Both the position numbers and the translations under genes were made by a program. A DNA stretch of 64,000 nt from Lingula anatina (lineage: Eukaryota; Animalia; Brachiopoda). Positions 1 to 11,684 of this stretch are shown in pieces. Under the pieces are notes generated by a model. The model was not told the origin of the DNA and ran no database searches. It saw only the letters and a program-made list of their open reading frames with translations. The stretch covers positions 28,028,848 to 28,092,847 of the forward strand of contig CM120643.1 in NCBI GenBank assembly GCA_051362555.1. Direction: 5' to 3'. The stretch's first letter is position 1; each line of letters starts with the position of its first letter.

Positions 1-205
1 ACCAAACAGTACTTCCTGGAATGAAACCCATACACCTCACTTGTTAAACGACTCAATACATGTACATACGAAAATGTATATATCATGGAACGTATACAAC
101 TTTTCGCTTGCTTTTTTAACCAAATCGAAATGACTAGGAGAAACAGCTGCATAAAGGTAAACGGCGTGCTTATTTTTGTAATACACAGTCAACACAGCAA
201 TAAAC

Positions 206-247
206 CAAGAAGTTATAAAGGGAAGGCCTTCTCTTTATAACTTCTTG
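206..247. mobile_element. 42-bp palindromic mini-element with 7-bp target-site duplication (P-element-like termini)
   Basis: CAAGAAGTTATAAAGGGAAGG|CCTTCTCTTTATAACTTCTTG is a palindrome with 1 mismatch, flanked by AATAAAC at 199-205 and 248-254. Confidence 0.7.
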
Positions 248-278
248 AATAAACTGACAAAGAAACGGGTCGAATAAA

Positions 279-905
279 CAGGCCTACCCAACTACCAGAC
301 TCGGCACATAAGGATCCTGAATTAACCGGTATGTCGGACCACACTACCCGTTTTCAAGGTGTGTGTCAGATCGCATTTCGGAGTATCACACCCCAGAACA
401 AATTTTGTAGGACGAACGCGGGTTCATCCACGCTCGGCTGTCACCTTGATTGGATAGTAAACGATTGTCGTAAAATCGCTATATGATTTAAAAACCGGGT
501 GCATAAATTTGAAGACCACCTAGAACAACCTTAGACTGTACTCTTACTTAAGAGTACACTATTTTATTGTCTCTATGGGGATATATGGGGACTTTACGAC
601 ATTCGGTTTGAATGCTTTAACCACTTTTGATAGGTCTTTTTTTTGCATTAGATTAATGTGGCAGTCTAAGGTTGTTCTAGGTGGTTTTCAAATTTATGCT
701 CCCGGTTTTAAAATCATATAGCGATTTTACGACAATCGTTTACTATCCAAACAAGGTGACAGCCGAGCGTGGGCTTATCCTGTCGGTGTTCTGACTGATA
801 CTCCGAAATGCAATCTGACACACACCTTGAAAACGGGTAGTGTGATCCGATATACCGGTTAATTCAGGATCCTTATGTACCGAGTCTGGTAGTTGTGTAG
901 GCCTG
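279..905. mobile_element. Non-autonomous DNA transposon (MITE) with ~260-bp TIRs and 5-bp TSD (hAT5-like)
   Basis: Starts CAGGCCTACCCAACTACCAGACTCGG, ends CCGAGTCTGGTAGTTGTGTAGGCCTG; 279-540 mirrors 660-905; ATAAA on both sides (274-278, 906-910); second copy at 36683. Confidence 0.85.
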
Positions 906-928
906 ATAAAGCTGAATTTATTTTCCAG

Positions 929-3900
929 CGTATGTGTCGTCTGGATTATAATTTTCAACATTTGCCCTTGTGCAATTGGTATTTGGTCATGTGTTTGGTC
1001 TAAGTTATGTCGTCGCGCTGAGCAAAATAGTGACGAGGCGGTAAGTACACCAGATCTATTTCTTTATAATGACAATTATAAAATCATGATTAAAAATTTG
1101 TCCCAACTCCAATTCCATGTTTACTTAACAAATTGCCACGTAACAGGGATATCCCTCAGTTATCCATTTCCGAGGATATCCCACACATTTTCAACGCGGT
1201 TCTGATCTAGGGGTTGAGCTGGCCATGTGGGCTGGGGGGCTGGATCTGATTCGCATATAAACAGCCTACTGTTGAATTGGCTGCACTTGGAGTAGCATTG
1301 TCATGCTGAAAGATAACTGGGTGGTCATGGTCCCTAAACATATTCCAGACAGAATACCTCAAGTTCCTTTCCAGTACTTGGATCATTGCTCTGCATTAAG
1401 GTTCCCGTTGACCAAACCCATCTCACCTACAACATAGTGGTCAAAACACCCCGTACCATGGATTATGTTGGGTGCGTCCTGTCCACCAGAAGCACAAAAT
1501 TGTGAAGATACTTCCTACCAGCTATTTCCAAGCCCTTATGCGCCCATCAGTTCTTAAACTAAACCTACTTTCAGCTCAGAACAGTATCATTTTAATTTAA
1601 ATTGTTGGCTGGTGTCCATGTCAAAGTTATAGTATACCATCTTCCTACACGGTTCTTGGCGGTGACTACAGCTCCTCTTAAAGCTTCCCTGCTAAAATAT
1701 GCGTGGACGGAGTTCTCTCTGAATTAGCTCAACTTGTCTTTGGTGTTCCACAAGGCAGTGTGTTAGGACCACTCATATTTTGTATTTATACTTTACCGCT
1801 TGGTGCAATCCTTCGTTTTCACGAGATTGGTTATCACATTTATGCTGATGACACTCAGCTTTACACATCCCGCAATATTAGAAACCCTGAATCATCAATT
1901 ACTAAAATAGTCAACTGTATTTCTGATATAAGGGGGTGGATGATCAGAAACGAACTCAAGATCAACGACGAGAAAACTGAATTCCTAGTAATATCTCAAC
2001 CACACAATAAGAACATTGCCCGCAGTCTTAGCATGTCAATAGGTGCCAGCGTGGTACAAGTCTCATCTCACGCCAAAAATCTGGGAGTTTATTTTGACAG
2101 TACATTGTCCATGAACAGGCAAATTTCTAACGTATCTAAAACATGTATGTTCAATATTAGACACATTGGTTCCTTACGAAAACATTTAACCGACTCTACT
2201 ACAGCAACAGTTATACATGCCCTGGTTACATCGAGACTTGATTTCTGCAACTCCCTTCTTTATGGATCTTCAGAGGAACAAATCAAACGGCTACAGCGTG
2301 TACAGAATATATCTGCTCGCCTACTGACCCGAACTCCAAAAGACAACCACATTTCTCCTGTTTTAAAGATGTTGCACTGGCTCCCTGTCCGAGCACGCAT
2401 TTTATTCAAACTTTTAACATTTGCACATGCAGCATTTTATAAACTTGCACCTTCTTATTTAAATGAGCTTGTTTTACACTACGTGCCATCAAGAAATCTC
2501 AGATCAGGTGATCACCTTCTTCTTAAGGCTTATAAGGCAAGATTAGTATCATACGGTGATAAAGCTTTTAAATTTGCAGCACCAAAAGAATAAAATATTT
2601 TACCCATCAGTCTTAGACAAATTGTGGACCCTGGACATTTTAAAAAGGAACTAAAAACCCACCTTTTTAAACAATATTATCTTTAAATTCTTGAAAAAAC
2701 ACTTCTTAAGAAAAAATGTTCTTAGTCATAGTTCATTTTATATATCCTTTCATCTTATTACCATTAGCAATATTTTTCTTTTAATTTGAATTTTATAATT
2801 TTTGTAAAGTCTACTGAGCACATGTTGGATTTTAGACTATAAATGAATATTATTATTATTATTAAAATCACCGCGATTGTGCAATCGTTTATGTAAACTT
2901 GTTAAATATTACAGCCAAGGTTCTAAATGTACAGATACTTTTTTATGTGAGGCAGGCGTGTTAAAATTCTCTTCTCTGGGTGTGGTTTCCTTTGATCGGC
3001 CTTACCATGTGCCTCTTTGGTTATAATGTTGTCTAACCCTCTGAATGGTTCTCATGGAAAAACAGAACCTTCTGGTTTTTGTCAGGTCAAAACTACCTCC
3101 TATGTCAGCCGCTTGTTAAAAATCTCTCAATTAAGAGTAACATTTTAAAAATATAAATGATGCTGGAGCACTTCAATGATCGTTTCAATGTAGGTAGGTC
3201 AATGTTCTTTTACCCACATCCTTAATTCACACGTGATCAGTAGCCTAGTTGTTATGTAATAGTAAAATTAAATCAAAGGGTACTCTTGTAGCAATGTACA
3301 TAATTGCCGTAGGGGTGCTAATTTTTTGCCGGGGGAGTGTAGCAAAACAAAATGTCACTGTTCAAATATAGAACTCCAATTTTTTTACTTGTCACTCACT
3401 CAAATCTGCTGACGTCAGTGACTTCCACAGAGGAAAATAGACTGAAAAGGCCAGCAGTCCCATCTCCCGTTCTTGACCTCGGAGAACGATACAGCATTAT
3501 CTCAATCTCTATTATGGCCAGTCAGCTTGCTTAAAATGTTCTGCATTAACAAAATATTAGTATAAAAACATAATACTAGGCCCACAAGTTTGAAAATGCG
3601 CCTTGCTCTTACCGATGAACCTCGTTTATATTTCAGCGGCCTCCGTCAGACTCCAATCGTCGGGTGAGGCGTAGGCCTTTACGCCTTCGGTGGTCCGATC
3701 CATTGCGGACAACTGCGGGCTTGGCATTCCCGACCGAACCGCAAGCGCACAATTTTACAAACGCGGACCTCGATTCTCCGACTGACCCGCCGACGTACGC
3801 AGCACCACTCGGGGACATCGATATTCCGACTGACCAGCCGACGTACGAGTCAGTTAATGGGGACATCGGTTCTCCGAGAGACCGGACGCCATTGTCAACC

Positions 3901-4008
3901 CGGCTCGCCGATAATTTCAGCCGCCCTCCCCCGTACGTGTACAACCCGACAAACGGGAGCCTCCATCCTCTGAACGACCCTCCGCCATACCATAGTGTAC
4001 ATATATAA
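929..4008 (+). CDS. Last two exons (929-1040, 3637-4008) of a membrane protein with Cys-rich juxtamembrane region and PPxY-rich cytoplasmic tail; paralog 1, 5' part not found
   Basis: ttttccAG|929..1040|GTAAGT gives VCVVWIIIFNICPCAIGIWSCVWSKLCRRAEQNSDEA (phase 0), joining in frame to tttcAG|3637: RPPSDSN...PPTY..QPTY..PPPY..PPPYHSVHI*; a paralogous exon pair lies at 9293-10222. Confidence 0.7.
1150..1690 (-). pseudogene. Degenerate Tc1-family transposase remnant
   Basis: Minus strand reads ILF*AESRF (~1590-1560), VIFQHDNATP (~1318-1290) and WPAQPLDQNRVENVWD (~1226-1178), matching the Tc1 motifs FSDESRF, FQHDNAP and WPAQSPDLNPIENVW. Confidence 0.75.
1699..2863 (+). mobile_element. 5'-truncated L2/CR1-group LINE (RT C-terminal half, 3' UTR, (TAT)n tail)
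   Basis: ORF 1703-2593 has GVPQGSVLGP, YADDTQLY, HALVTSRLDFCNSLL and LHWLPV; (TAT)n tail at 2848-2863; lies in the intron of paralog 1. Confidence 0.9.
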
Positions 4009-5774
4009 ACGTTTGCCATAGTTTGCTTTTGAAGATTTCCCATCACATTTTACAGCCTCTTAATATATATACATATGATACATTTAAGTGATACTTAAAA
4101 GTGTGGCTAATCGACTGGAAAGCACGCTGTGTACATGTGCCACTATTTCAACAAGTGAAGGCTCACACTGGATGTCTTCTTTGACTTTATTCCATCCAGT
4201 GAAGTCTACATGTGCCATACATATTTACATTGCCAGGTCTTCCTGGAAAGATTTTTTTTGTGTCACATGGGGGGGGGGGGGGGGGGGTCATGTCAATCAA
4301 AAGTAAAATATTCAGGACATCTCACTTAATATAAACAACTTACCGGTGATGATTTGTAGCGGTGTTTGAGGAAAGGAGTGAAGCTGTAAATAGCTTTATT
4401 ATTTATGGAAGTTTTTAAATTAATAGTAAATGTTTTTCCTTAGCAATGTGCCTTTTATAACGCGTCAGTTTGGAAGTTGTTCACACGTACTGTAGGATTA
4501 AGGGGAGGGAGAGTCAGAGGACTCAACCTAACTTTCGTTGACACGTCAAATAAACTCCTATTCCAGTGTTACTAAAGATATAATTTTGATCTAAAATTAT
4601 ACAGTGCTTAAATCTCTTCTGTCTTCAACAATTCTGCGTAGCTAGGCATCCAATGCACTTACTTTTTAAAATGCAGTTATAATGTATATAAAGTTGTTCA
4701 TGTGCATGATTTGAATATAAATATATAGACCTAAAATATTTTGTAATCAGGATCTTTTTTAATGTAACTTTGTGGCACAGAAATGTTGTAGCTCGCTTTT
4801 GAAATATTTGTGGTTGATCAAAGACCAAGAAAAATTAACTTTATGAAAATTGACATTTTCAATCAATGTAAGTTTATGTTAAATGTATTAGTAAAAACAT
4901 AAAGCCCATGCAGGAATATCATTTTTACACTGAATTCTACAACCAATTTATTTTGCCATTTTGATGCCGACTTGGTAGGTGACACATATCTGTCACAAAA
5001 TACGTTATTATAAATTCATGGATTTTGCATCAAAAACTAGTCTTTGCCAATTGCAATTCATTGAAATACAGAAAAATGATACTTCACTCTAACAGCCACG
5101 ATCTCAGATGTGGTACCCATCACGTAGGGACTACGTGGTGCGAATTCTGTTGCAAAGTATCATACGGAATATGATGAATGTTAATCAGAATTATAACATT
5201 AAACGTCAGTCCATGCTCTCATTCTCTCAAGTAAGAGGAAACTTTACATGAAAACATGGATGTTGGCGGTTTTATCGCGTAAGTACATATATAACACGCC
5301 TACCTACAGATTTTGTGTCTTTATAATCTTTACAATTCGCCAAATGACATTTTTATCTCAGAAACAAAGCTTTACATAAACGGTGTAAAAAGGGTAAGGG
5401 ATATTATAGAATTTTACTTTCGTAAAAAGAAACAAAAATGGTTTATTTTGGTATGGCATTAAAGAGCAAGTACAGGAAATATAATGGGGCATAGCGTAAT
5501 TCATGTTAAACTGCTTCTTGACGGCAATTAATGAAGTACCGCTGTGGAAAATGACAGATTGACCCTGAACTATGTGTGTTTTATTATTGCTCGTGGACTG
5601 TGATTATTTCTCGTGCCATTTCCCGCGCCAAATAGACCTTTGAGTCTGCACATAAAACATTGAGTCATTTTGTCAAAATGGTGTCCCATTTGGTACCTGT
5701 GATAGTTCTAGTATGTAAACGAGCAATGCCCTCCTTATGTACCATTCACAACGAGTTGAGCCAGGCTTTACAAC

Positions 5775-5867
5775 TAAATATGGCGGACGTACATGAAAGA
5801 AAAACCGCCTAATCTTTTAATAGTCTCTCCGCCTCTCACACGCCTCCCCACACGTCGTCCCTGCGGG
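5775..5867. repeat. Short dispersed repeat; inverted copy at ~9918-10010
   Basis: AATATGGCGGACGTACATGAAAGAAAAACCGC...CACGCCTCCCCACACGTCGTCCCTGC is the reverse complement, with mismatches, of 9922-10009. Confidence 0.65.
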
Positions 5868-6030
5868 GTACAGTCATTAAATCTCGGCTCCGTTCGCCAT
5901 GCGGAAGCTACCTGAGAAATATTAAGTGAGAAATGACTTAATGTTTTAGGGTATGCCTTAGACAGCTGTTTAATTATTTTAAAAGCAGGACGCAGAATGA
6001 TCCACGCAAGTCACCCGAGATAACTCAAGG

Positions 6031-8330
6031 TAGGGGGGGGGTCCTTATATAGCCTTTTTTTCCAAAACAGTGCCAAAACCACCTAAAAAGATGCTAATAC
6101 ATCTTAAAAACAAACTGCAAAAAACCAAATCAGTCTATCTCTATTATCAGAGCTGCTACTTGGGTTTTAGTATTTTGGAGAAAAATCGCTAAAAATACTT
6201 AAACTCTGTATTTTGTAAGATATGATGGTTTTTTATATCAATGTTTATGCTTACATTTTAACACAAATTTCATTGTGACTAACAATTCTGACAGACTAAA
6301 TGCATATGGAAACTAAACTGAATGTCCTAACATCTAGATAATGATTCATAATAAGTTCAAAAAGACAGGAATTCAATAAGAATTCAATTCACTAAGAATT
6401 CAATGCTTTTTGGAAGCTTAAGTCAGTTAGCGTTATGGTGGATCTTTCTTTCTTTTTCCCAACAACTTTTTCATGTTCATTCCAAACTGTTCTAGAGTTA
6501 ACATCCTTCTCTTCCCTCCATTATTATTGAATATCCTGAAGACAGGACTACATTTTGGCAGTGATAGGGATGTGCCTCTAGCGTATGTGACTCCTCTCCC
6601 CCCAATGAAATTTTGACTCCCCCTACAGAACTTTAGAAATCTTATTTTATTTGAGTATATGACTTTTATCTTGTAGTATAAATAAAAAAGGATACATTGG
6701 CACTTTTTGCTAGTTTGCAGGTAAATGTTTTCATGAGAATAGAAGAAAATTAAAAATGTGTATTCTACCAAACAATGAATCCCCTATGGAAAAGCTGTTT
6801 ATTTGATATTCGGTGATCATTTCAATTTTCACCAATTTTTTACCACCAAACTTTCAAATACTAACAAAATCTAGTCACAATGCAAACTATGTGGAAAATA
6901 ATGGTATGGTGACTTAATATAAAATGGGGTTTTGTCTTCATGGGAGTCCAAATACCATGGATATGAAAATTGAGATTTTTCAAGATTTTTTTTTTCATTT
7001 TTTTCACCCGATATTTTACAATCAAACTTTCTAATATTTCCAATATGTTCTTAATAAAGTATACTTAATAGAAAGGTATTGAAATGATCATCGAATATCA
7101 AATAAATAGCTTTTTCATAGGGGAGTCTTTGGGTTGTAGAAGTCATATACTCAAATAAAATAAGATTCATAAAGGTTTGTAGGGGGGAATCAAAATTTCA
7201 TGGGAGGAGTCAGATTTTCTTTATGAAATTTTGACTGGTGGGGGGTTAGATTTTCATGTTACACGGGTATTCAGTAAAACATTTTCCTTAATTTGCTTGT
7301 TTCTATTAGCACAGTCCCTCAAGCCACAGCCTCTAGTTTTGGTTTCTTCCTCAATCTTTGATCAGTGTCACCACACTGCTGTTCCATTTGAAGGTTGTGG
7401 ACAGGTGTTTCATCCATGTTTTCACACTGATCAAACACAGAATATTCAACTGGATATTCCCCAAATCCATAGTATTCTCTGCGTTGCATAGCCAGAACCT
7501 TTGCCATTTCTGGTAATATCTTCTTTGTCAAAGCTATGCACTCATTCAGATGTGCACTAGCACATCGTTTCACACTCTCAACTACATGTAGGCCATAGAT
7601 ATCTTTCACTTCCTAGAATAATTCTTGGTTGAAACAGGAAAACTCGGGAGCATCTAGCTGAAAGAATTCTCATTTACCTCATTTCTACTCGGCTCTAGAT
7701 GTAATGATTGAAACTTTTCGTTCAATTTGCTATGTGTTGCCCCCTGGATATTGTTATGCCGAGCATGAAACTAATTGAATGCTACAACAGCAGCAACTAT
7801 TCTGATATATTCCAATGCCAGAGCATCTCTTACAAGACAAGCTAGATACCATCATTGTCTAGCTAGTTTTTCAGTAATACAGTATAGATACCCTAAAAAG
7901 ATAATGGAATCATGAGAAATCTAAAAGGAAAAATGTCATCAAAACTATGAATAATGAATTACCATGATGATGTTATTGAAATAAGGTGTCAATGCCGCCA
8001 TGATTTTGAGTATTTAGCTACCTTTCAAATAATCTTTTTACACAAATTTCTTAAAAACCAAATAAAAAAACCATCTATTTGGCTTTGGTGAGTTTGAAAT
8101 AACTTGTCAGGCCTATATAACTTTCATTCATGTTGTAGGAAGACAGTCCCGAAACAGTAGAAAATCTTGAAATTCGCGCTAAAATGCTAAAAATCGCATA
8201 ATCGTAAAATGCAAGTAGCAGCTGATTCATCAATGATCTTTCAAAAAGAACATTTGAAATATTGTTTTTAGGTGTGTAAGGAACTTTTTAGCTGGTTTTG
8301 ACATATTTTTGGAATTATGGACCCCCCCTA
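6031..8330 (-). mobile_element. Internally deleted hAT-superfamily (hATw-like) DNA transposon with transposase remnant
   Basis: TIRs TAGGGGGGGG(G)TCC...GGACCCCCCCTA with further ~70-bp imperfect inverted similarity; CTCAAGG on both flanks (6024-6030, 8331-8337); minus ORF 7319-7609 has PVHNLQMEQQCGDTD, resembling the hAT C-terminal PxHNxxxER motif. Confidence 0.75.
6588..7212. mobile_element. MITE nested in the hAT-like element
   Basis: 6588-6665 and 6780-6826 are inverted copies of 7141-7212 and 7078-7125. Confidence 0.6.
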
Positions 8331-9292
8331 CTCAAGGTCCCTGGACTCAGAGTGAAATCATGCGGGATCTTGCGAGATTTGAAGGAGGCTGGGGCCAGAA
8401 ATAACGGCAGACTTCTGAGTAAAGTGCGAAAAAAAGAGACAGGGCTGACAGAATTTAGTCGCGGATATTTTCTGGTTGTTTTCTATAAAAGAGCAGTCAT
8501 TTGCACAACAGTACGTATGCTCGTCATGTTTTAAGTGCCACTACTGTACTGCTTTCTGTGACGAAATTCCAGCCGCACAGTGCTCCCTTGATGCTTAAAG
8601 ATGCATATGAAGTCGATTTTTTGCAAAAAAAAAAAAAAAAAAAAAAAAAAGCCAGCCAAATACCAGCATATAGTTTCGAGCAGTATGACTAAGAGAATTA
8701 CCAAAAGACATTGTTTAATATTCCCCGAAAAATGATATTTGGACGGATTTTTCTCCTAGTATACTATATATGCTGTATAAAAATGGGGCAGAAAAGTATA
8801 TCACGAAAGTACAGTAGGTTAAATTTCCGACCAAAAAATTTAAAGAAAGGAGCAGTCTAAAGCTTTTTTATGGCTGATCAAGTGATTTATTCAGTTTATC
8901 CCTTGGCATGTCGAATTTATTTGAGTCGTATAGGAAACTAGTAGAAGTGGCTTACATGTGTTATTAGGAATCCCCGCTCCACCGATGCTAGGTACCTTTA
9001 AAATACAGGTGAGCCTCAGCTCACATGGACTCTTGAAAATGTCCCCGTCTCCTTTGTTGAATAAATTGCCATTTGCATACATGTACATGTACGTTAGGAC
9101 TACACACATATGCATTTAACATGGAGAGTATACATCTCTTTTCTCGCTAGTTTTTAAAAGCAAATCAAACTTACCACAGAAAAGGATGCATAAAGATACG
9201 TAGCATTTTATTTTGTTGTAATGCATAGCCAACGCACCAACCAAACCAAAAAGAAGAGACACTGAACTATAGAGCTGAATTTATTTTTCCAG

Positions 9293-10222
9293 TGCAGGAA
9301 TTTCCACCTATGTAATATTTTGCATGATCTTCTGTGGGATCAAATGCCTAAGGGATTGCCTAAGGGATAGTTCTACAAGTACCGAGGCGGTAAGTACACC
9401 ACCTCTATCTTTGTACATGTGTAATATTACAATTACGTTTTGATCAAGTCTGGTACACCTCCAGTTTCATGGGGTTTTGTTAATAAATTGTCACTTGGCA
9501 GCTGTAAACCGTTTTAAATAGTGCTTTCTATTCCACATACCATATCTACCATACATGTACTCTCTACCAGATTGATAATCACTAGATAGTCACAGGTCTG
9601 TCTCTGGCTAATTCATGACACAATTGTCTACCACGTTAGAGAAAAGGGCACATAAAATTAAATTGCGGCCCTGGCAGAGGGTAGGGGAGACCGGGGCTAA
9701 TTGGCCCAGTTAGACACTTTTGGCTTGTTGTGCCAACTAGGAATGAGTTAGAGTAACAAAACCGGTATCGAAGTAAGCCCCATGAAATAAGCTACGCATG
9801 CAACGTCATTATTTTTCACAATTTGACAAAAAAAAAAAACAAACAAACAAACAAAAAAAAAAAAACAAAACGCAACTGACGTCAGGTGGGGGGGGGGGGG
9901 GGGGGGGGGCAACATGCCACTGCAGGAACGACGCGTGGGGAGGCGTGAAAAAGGCAGAGAGACCATTACAGGATTCAGCGGTCTTCCTTTCATGTAGGTC
10001 CGCCATATTCAGGCCGTGGACCAGTAAGCACTCGAATCTTCTCCTTCTGAATGGCCCCTTACTGACATATGATGAGGGTAATTTGTAGTTCAGGACCTTT
10101 CAACTAGAGTTTTCCAACTTCGGCAGAATCTTAGACAGCGTGAAGCGCGTGCTTCATCGTCGACAGACGCGGACATCGAACCTCAGACAGACCCGCCGCC
10201 GTACAATTCGCTACACATATGA
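9293..10222 (+). CDS. Paralog 2 of the TM/PPxY protein (exons 9293-9389 and 10094-10222); upstream exons not found
   Basis: Same acceptor context (GCTGAATTTATTTT(T)CCAG) and donor (GAGGCG|GTAAGTACACCA) as paralog 1; encodes AGISTYVIFCMIFCGIKCLRDCLRDSSTSTEA|DLSTRVFQLRQNL...TDADIEPQTDPPPYNSLHI*; 3' UTR also resembles 4010-4580. Confidence 0.65.
9685..9885. mobile_element. One-ended fragment of the TA-TSD MITE family seen at 55088-56084
   Basis: TA|GGGGAGACCGGGGCTAATTGGCCCAGT... is the inverted counterpart of 55897-56084. Confidence 0.65.
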
Positions 10223-11684
10223 ACTTTTACCAAAGTTTGTTTCTGAAGATTTCCGACACATGTTACAGTCTTTCTCTCTTTAAATGTCTGAATGTTACTA
10301 CAGTGTGGATAATCGACGTTCGACTGGAAGCCGCACCGTGCCTCGCTGTCAACCCCTGTAGACTATACACTGGGAACCACATGTGGAGGTTTTTTACGCC
10401 CAGTGAAAGCATGTTTTAATGGCTCAGAATTAAGTCTCAAAACTCTCACCCTTTGACTTAGTTTCGTTACACCGGTGACGCTAAGGCAATGATAAGATTG
10501 TACTGAATATATAATTCCCATTATTTTCTTTTCATGCAACGCGTTTCACAAGTTAACTAAGGTTCAGTGAAAAACAGATTGACAGAATCCTCATGTTAGG
10601 AGAGTTAGGGCACATCAGGAGAGCCTGTTTATCTCCATTTATTTTCATATAAAAAGTGTTACTAAAGGTTCCGGCATGAACTCTCGCTGCCAATATACAT
10701 TGCTATTATTACACTAACTTACATCGACATCCAAGATTGACGTAGAAGGTACAACAACATTAAGCTGGAGAATTAGTTTATTGAACTGTTGAGGCAAATA
10801 TCAAAAGATGAACCCATACATAACAAGTCAATTTGTGCAAAGCGAAATATTGTCAAATATTCAATAAATTACAGTTCACACAAGTAATTAACAAGTATAA
10901 ATACACATTGTGTAAACAATCGAGGCACAAGCACAGCGTACACTGAAAATCGGTCTGCTGTTGTGTCCTGTAATTAAATACCGAGGACAAAGACGGGGGA
11001 GAGGAGACGTGTGTGCATTGCGGGCGTTGGGGGGGGGGGGGGGCATTGTGCCTTACTGTTGCTTTTTAAATAAATTACTTTTAAAAGTACACTGTAAAAT
11101 GGTGTATATGCTTTCGTTACGTCAGGGCAATAACAGGTTTTATTTTCATCGAACCGTTCTTGCTGAAATTAAAATGTTTCTCATTTACAATGATGCTTTT
11201 AGTTTTTTTTTCTTAGAGTTGTCAAGAAATACTTCTCATTTATACATTTGTAAAATATATAGGCAAAATGCACATTTTAACGATCAAAGATCCAACTACG
11301 TCTTGACGAAAAAGAGATGTCATAAGTGACTTTTATATGAATGTAACGTTCAGATATAAAGACATGTCTAACTGTACTTGTAAACCATCACTTCCAAGGT
11401 TTATAATGAAGTTAGCATCATTTAGTTAACTTCTTTCTCTTTACCCCTTTTTAAGATATATTGAAAAACAATTAATCAGCTGTACAAAACATTACGTTGG
11501 ATACGAAACAATTTTATAAACATCCAACGAAATCAACTCAAAATACACATAGGCTAACCACAATTTTATGTACAATTTCATCAAACACAATTTACAAAAT
11601 GATCGCTTTTGGCTCAGCGCAGACACCTTCGTAGAATGAAACACCTCTCTGCTTCCCGTAGTTGAGTCCCGGGTGTTGCTTCTG

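Noticed and set aside
3633-4046. 137-aa minus-strand ORF
   Set aside because: Antisense shadow of the GC-rich PPxY exon, with no independent support.
8895-9008. Upstream coding exon for TM/PPxY paralog 2
   Set aside because: The donor is plausible but the required frame contains TAG; it cannot be supported.
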